A stretch of 63,945 nucleotides of DNA, the filler included, from Octopus bimaculoides (lineage: Eukaryota): assembly GCF_001194135.2 (NCBI RefSeq). It is 8 parts of 7 records of this genome, joined end to end, with 100 filler letters (N's around TTAATTAATTAA, not from the genome) between each part and the next. Parts side by side here need not be neighbours in the genome. Positions count along the whole stretch, not along the records: positions 58,046 to 61,693 come from NC_068983.1; positions 61,794 to 63,945 come from NW_026352076.1; 6 more parts are not named here. The stretch is one strand, 5' to 3'. This document shows, piece by piece, positions 59,236 to 63,945 of the stretch (positions are counted from its first letter, which is position 1; every line of letters begins with the position of its first letter). Both the position numbers and the translations under genes were made by a program. The notes beneath the pieces were generated by a model. It saw nothing but the letters and a program-made list of their open reading frames with translations, ran no database searches and was not told the DNA's origin.

Positions 59236-59513
59236 TTTATTATATGTATTTATTTTCTCTAAGTTAATAATTAACTCGGACAAAATAAATTAGTTAATAG
59301 ATACCAGAGTAGCAAAGATCACAAAATGACTGTGGTGTAACTCCTGTTTATGAGGTAGAAACTCTCTGTTATTTTGGGTACTTGAGTATATATATAAATT
59401 TAGTAAATGGAGTGAAACGCATATGTTAAATGAATTCTTTTATTTCCATTTAACATATTGTTATTTTCATTTAACATTTGCGTTTTACTCCATTTACTAA
59501 ATTTATATATATA
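59215..59513 (+). mobile_element. TA-anchored repeat, copy 2, with a terminal 48-bp inverted duplication
   Basis: Matches 56410-56620. Arms 59387-59434 and 59466-59513 are reverse complements at 46/48. Confidence 0.8.
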
Positions 59514-60362
59514 TATATATATATATAACGGTTTCCTTAATATATATATATATATATATTAAGGAGGACACCGTTCTCTAGCTCATGTCATGCTACTGGA
59601 TGTACTGCGTGAGAGGCCAGAACACATAAGTCTAACGTGGTCTACTCCACGTTAGACTTATGGTAGGACGAGGTCACTATTGAATTTTGATGTTTTCTTC
59701 CTGGATAGGAATAAGTTCGGCGGTTTAAAAATAAATGTGACCGGAAGTGATGACAGTGACATCCCATAATGTCATGTAAACAATCCACAGTTCTTCGACG
59801 GGTGCCATTGCCATCACGCACCATTTTCTGCCGGCTCTTTCTGTACACCTCAATAACCATTACCAGTTATCACATTGCCCACATGTAACCGTGGCAGCTA
59901 ACATACGTCGACGTGAAATGGTCCTTCAGGTCTTCGTTGCCAAATACAGTACATAAGACTACCTCAGCTGTTATTTCTGTAATATTTGAGATATTGCTCG
60001 AAGGTACGACTACACACAAAGGCGGCAGAATGGAATGTAAAGAAAATTAAGGGGTTTTATTAGGTCTCTTTTTGAACTTATCGACTCCCACAGTCGTCAC
60101 ATCCAACCATTTCGCTGTCATTTTTAACTTCCCCACTAAACTGTCAACCAATTTCTGTGCAGCAGATGTGTCGCCGATATATGAAGATGAAGTCTTTCTG
60201 TGACCGACTCCTTTGACCCTTTTGGAACTCGAACCAAGTTGAGATTGTTACTGTCAGTAAATCCTTCCAGGTAAAAATACTCATTTTCTCAATAGAATTA
60301 TTTTTTAAAATAAGGTTTCTTGAAGAAGATATGCATTACTGTTCGTTTCTATAATTGCTTAG

Positions 60363-60570
60363 AAGGAGGCGACAAAAGCTGGCAGAATCTTGAGATCATC
60401 GGTTAAAATGCTTTGCGGCAGAGTTGTTAGAGTTGTTTTATTTTCTGAGTTCAAAATCTACTGAGGACATATTTACCTTTTATCACTCCCCTATCAATGA
60501 AATAATATCGACTACTCCTCTCCTTAAAATTGCTGGCCTTGTGCCGCAGTCGGAAACCATTATTGTTGCT
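60363..60570 (+). mobile_element. Degenerate SINE family B
   Basis: GGAGGCGACAAAAGCTGGCAGAATC...AAATGCTTTGCGG...TTCTGAGTTCAAAATCTACTGAGG...AAAATTGCTGGCCTTGTGCC. Confidence 0.68.
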
Positions 60571-60672
60571 TAGGTCCAAGTCGCCCCTATTCAAGTCGTT
60601 CTACGACCAAAGACGTTCCCGCTGTAACCCTACCATATTTTATTCAAACAGTAAACTTAAGACTACATTAGT

Positions 60673-60719
<47 letters not shown>

Positions 60720-60739
60720 ATTTCTTAAGATGGTAGAGA

Positions 60740-61040
60740 ATGACCTGAGTGAGATTTGGCTGCTACTTTTAGCAAGTAATGAAACCCAGAATCCCGTCCC
60801 TAGATTCATCTGGGACTATCGACAGGAAGAGGTCCAGCTTTGATTTAAAAACCTCTACATCTACTTTGTGCAGGTTCCTCAGGCTCTTTGGGAGAGTATT
60901 AAAAAGCTGTGGGCCCCTGAAACCCAAACTGTTGCAGTAACTGGTCCTGAAGCGCGATGGCATTGCTGGGATCTTTGGCACTATGCAGTGTCGTCCCGTT
61001 CTGGCATTGGTGTAGCTTTCTGTGTTTCTATTGTTTGTGG
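60740..61040 (-). mobile_element. CR1/L2-group LINE 3' end
   Basis: NARTGRHCIVPKIPAMPSRFRTSYCNSLGFRGPQLFNTLPKSLRNLHKVDVEVFKSKLDLFLSIVPDE is a typical post-RT C-terminus (RGPxLFNxLP..LR...FKxKLDxFL). Confidence 0.82.
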
Positions 61041-62074
61041 CCGCCATTTTTATGAATTAACCGATTGTTTGTTGGGTTAGAGAGAGTCCATCCAACACCA
61101 CCAACGTTACACCTGTCAAATAATCTAAAGTGCCTAAACACATCATACATATGTTCCAACTTCCCTCTAACTACATGGTCCAGTTCTTCCTCCCTTGAAC
61201 GTCAGCTTTTCTGGAATTCTCCTTGTTCATGTCATTCCTGCAGATGTTGGCTTATAACTGTTGGCACTTTTTGGTTATCTCACCCCCATTAAAAAGTTGG
61301 GTTAATGTGACAAGAGATTGGATTAAAAGAGTTAGATCCTTTTTGATTCAATACTTCAACACATTGGGGACGTTTGGCCCCCTCAATAGGAATCGTATGA
61401 TTTGTTATAAAGATGTTATCAGATTCAATACGATGTTTAATTTTTTCAGTTTTCGTGTTTATTAATTTTAGTTAATGTTTACATCTTGACCCGGAAATGA
61501 CCCCCCCCCCCATACTGGAATGGGTGTAAAAAAATGTGTAGGAAACGAATATGGAAAAAAAAAATGCGCGCAAAGCAACGGGAGGGTGGGGAGAGGACCT
61601 TGGAAAATTCATTAGGTCCGAGCTTTTCCCCCATAACTTTTAGGAAAATGGTTTTTTCTCAATGAAATTTTCTAGAAATACTTTTCAAACGGCNNNNNNN
61701 NNNNNNNNNNNNNNNNNNNNNNNNNNNNNNNNNNNNNTTAATTAATTAANNNNNNNNNNNNNNNNNNNNNNNNNNNNNNNNNNNNNNNNNNNNATTAACA
61801 GTAACTGCACGACAAGGTGAAGTATATTTGCCACTTAAATGTTTATATATATACATACCTCATAACACACTATACTTATTGTGACATACAACATATATTC
61901 TCTAGAATTACAGTTGAAATATGGTAAAAGCATACAAAGTTCACGAAACGAAATTACATGTAGAAGAATTTACTGTATTTTGAAGCATTGAAGATGCAAC
62001 TTTATGTAAAAAAAACACTTTCCTGGAAATTTACTGTATATCTTTTACAATGTTACAATGTTAGCTGTGAAGTA

Positions 62075-62345
62075 AGGCGACGAGCTGGCAGAAACGTTAG
62101 CATGCCGGGCGAACTGCTTAGCGGTTTTTCGTCTGTGTTTACGTTCTGAGTTCAAATTCCGCCGNNNNNNNNNNGGTTTTTCGTCTGTGTTTACGTTCTG
62201 AGTTCAAATTCCGCCGAGGTCGACATTGCCTTTCATCCGTTCGGGATCGATAAATTAAGTACCAGTTATGTACTGGGGTCCATTTAATCGACTGACCCTC
62301 TCCCCCAAAATTTCAGGCCTTGTGCCTAGAGTAGAAAAGAATGTT
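62075..62345 (+). mobile_element. SINE family B, well preserved; small assembly overlap at a 10-N gap
   Basis: GGCGACGAGCTGGCAGAAACGTTAGCATGCCGGGCGAA...GAGTTCAAATTCCGCCGAGGTCGAC...CCCCCAAAATTTCAGGCCTTGTGCCTAGAGTAGAAAAG. Confidence 0.92.
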
Positions 62346-63945
62346 AGCCGTGAAGTTGTTGCTGAGGTTCTCTAAGACTTAACTGAAATCATTCCCCCAT
62401 GAAAACTTATTTCGTTAACCAACATTTACAAATATTTTTTACTCAGTAAAACGTGTGATTTAACCAATATTATTCATATAAAAACAATAACAATTATGAA
62501 ATAAATAAATAAATAATCGCAGGAAAGTTAAAGTGAAGAACACAGTGTTGTGGAGTAGAATAATGGCCATCAATGGACCTCCGGGAGAATGATGGCCATC
62601 AATGAACCATTGGCGATTCTGCTGGTTTGTCCAATAATTCTGTCTGATAAAAGGCATTGAGCATGTACCCACCGGTCACAGACTGGTCACGTGGTTGGGA
62701 CTTTAGGAATAATAAAGAGAAATTTTATTCTCNNNNNNNNNNNNNNNNNNNNNNNNNNNNNNNNNNNNNNNNNNNNNNNNNNNNNNNNNNNNNNNNNNNN
62801 NNNNNNNNNNNNNNNNNNNNNNNNNNNNNNNNNNNNNNNNNNNNNNNNNNNNNNNNNNNNNNNNNNNNNNNNNNNNNNNNNNNNNNNNNNNNNNNNNNNN
62901 NNNNNNNNNNNNNNNNNNNNNNNNNNNNNNNNNNNNNNNNNNNNNNNNNNNNNNNNNNNNNNNNNNNNNNNNNNNNNNNNNNNNNNNNNNNNNNNNNNNN
63001 NNNNNNNNNNNNNNNNNNNNNNNNNNNNNNNNNNNNNNNNNNNNNNNNNNNNNNNNNNNNNNNNNNNNNNNNNNNNNNNNNNNNNNNNNNNNNNNNNNNN
63101 NNNNNNNNNNNNNNNNNNNNNNNNNNNNNNNNNNNNNNNNNNNNNNNNNNNNNNNNNNNNNNNNNNNNNNNNNNNNNNNNNNNNNNNNNNNNNNNNNNNN
63201 NNNNNNNNNNNNNNNNNNNNNNNNNNNNNNNNNNNNNNNNNNNNNNNNNNNNNNNNNNNNNNNNNNNNNNNNNNNNNNNNNNNNNNNNNNNNNNNNNNNN
63301 NNNNNNNNNNNNNTCCCGTTAGGCGAAAGTAACCTACTAGCAATTGGCCTGTGACCTATATACAGTGATAAAAATAGTTCATTCATAAAAAGCTTTCCTC
63401 TTCCCGTAAACCTAAATCTCTGTCACACTGAAAGTAAAATATTGGCACAAGCTTCAACTTCCGNNNNNNNNNNACTGAAAGTAAAATATTGGCACAAGCT
63501 TCAACTTCCGCAACAAATGAAAGTCAACAATTTTCATAAAATAAATTTAGACATTGGATAAAGGATGTCGATGACGCTCAGCCTCTTAATGGAGACCATC
63601 AAATATGAAGGGACTTTCCAAAACTATGACTGCTGNNNNNNNNNNTAATGGAGACCATCAAATATGAAGGGACTTTCCAAAACTATGACTGCTGAAACAA
63701 CTATATAAGCCGACACTTCAGCTTCACATGGTCACAATTTCGTAACAGGCAAAGGAACTACAACCAGATTTTCGCTTAAAATATTTTTCATAACGAAGAT
63801 AACGCAAAAATGAATANNNNNNNNNNATTTTCGCTTAAAATATTTTTCATAACGAAGATAACGCAAAAATGAATAACTGTAAGTACGATGTCGGTATTGT
63901 ATAGATACATACTTATATACATACATACTTAGAAATATACTCGCG

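Noticed and set aside
61480-61693. Possible Helentron-like repeat start
   Set aside because: It is truncated by a linker and no termini or second copy are visible, so there is not enough to classify it.

Overview
AT-rich, microsatellite-dense eukaryotic genomic DNA. The repeat families suggest an octopod cephalopod (inference, not verified by search). I find no intact protein-coding gene, rRNA, tRNA or CRISPR array; almost all long ORFs in the track are translations of microsatellites or N gaps. The window is a mosaic of decayed mobile elements: three tRNA-headed SINE families (my labels A, B, C), five 3' fragments of R4/Dong-clade RLE retrotransposons stacked in two minus-strand clusters, a degraded RTE LINE, a CR1/L2-group 3' end, Penelope-like remnants, a near-full-length dead mariner, further mariner, Tc1 and maT-like fragments, piggyBac-like and hAT MITEs, and a Helitron-like 3' end. 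Seven artificial 100-bp linkers (44 N + TTAATTAATTAA + 44 N) split the window into eight segments, so adjacency across them may not be real. The most unusual feature is a roughly 25-unit, 58-bp tandem array at 14706-16155 that looks CRISPR-like but is built from the 3' tail of SINE family B. Also notable are the Dong stacks beside SINE (ATT)n tails, a 45-bp fold-back inside a maT-like transposase, and a Tc1 pair with DD36E versus DD34E spacing. Most element boundaries are approximate, to within tens of bases.
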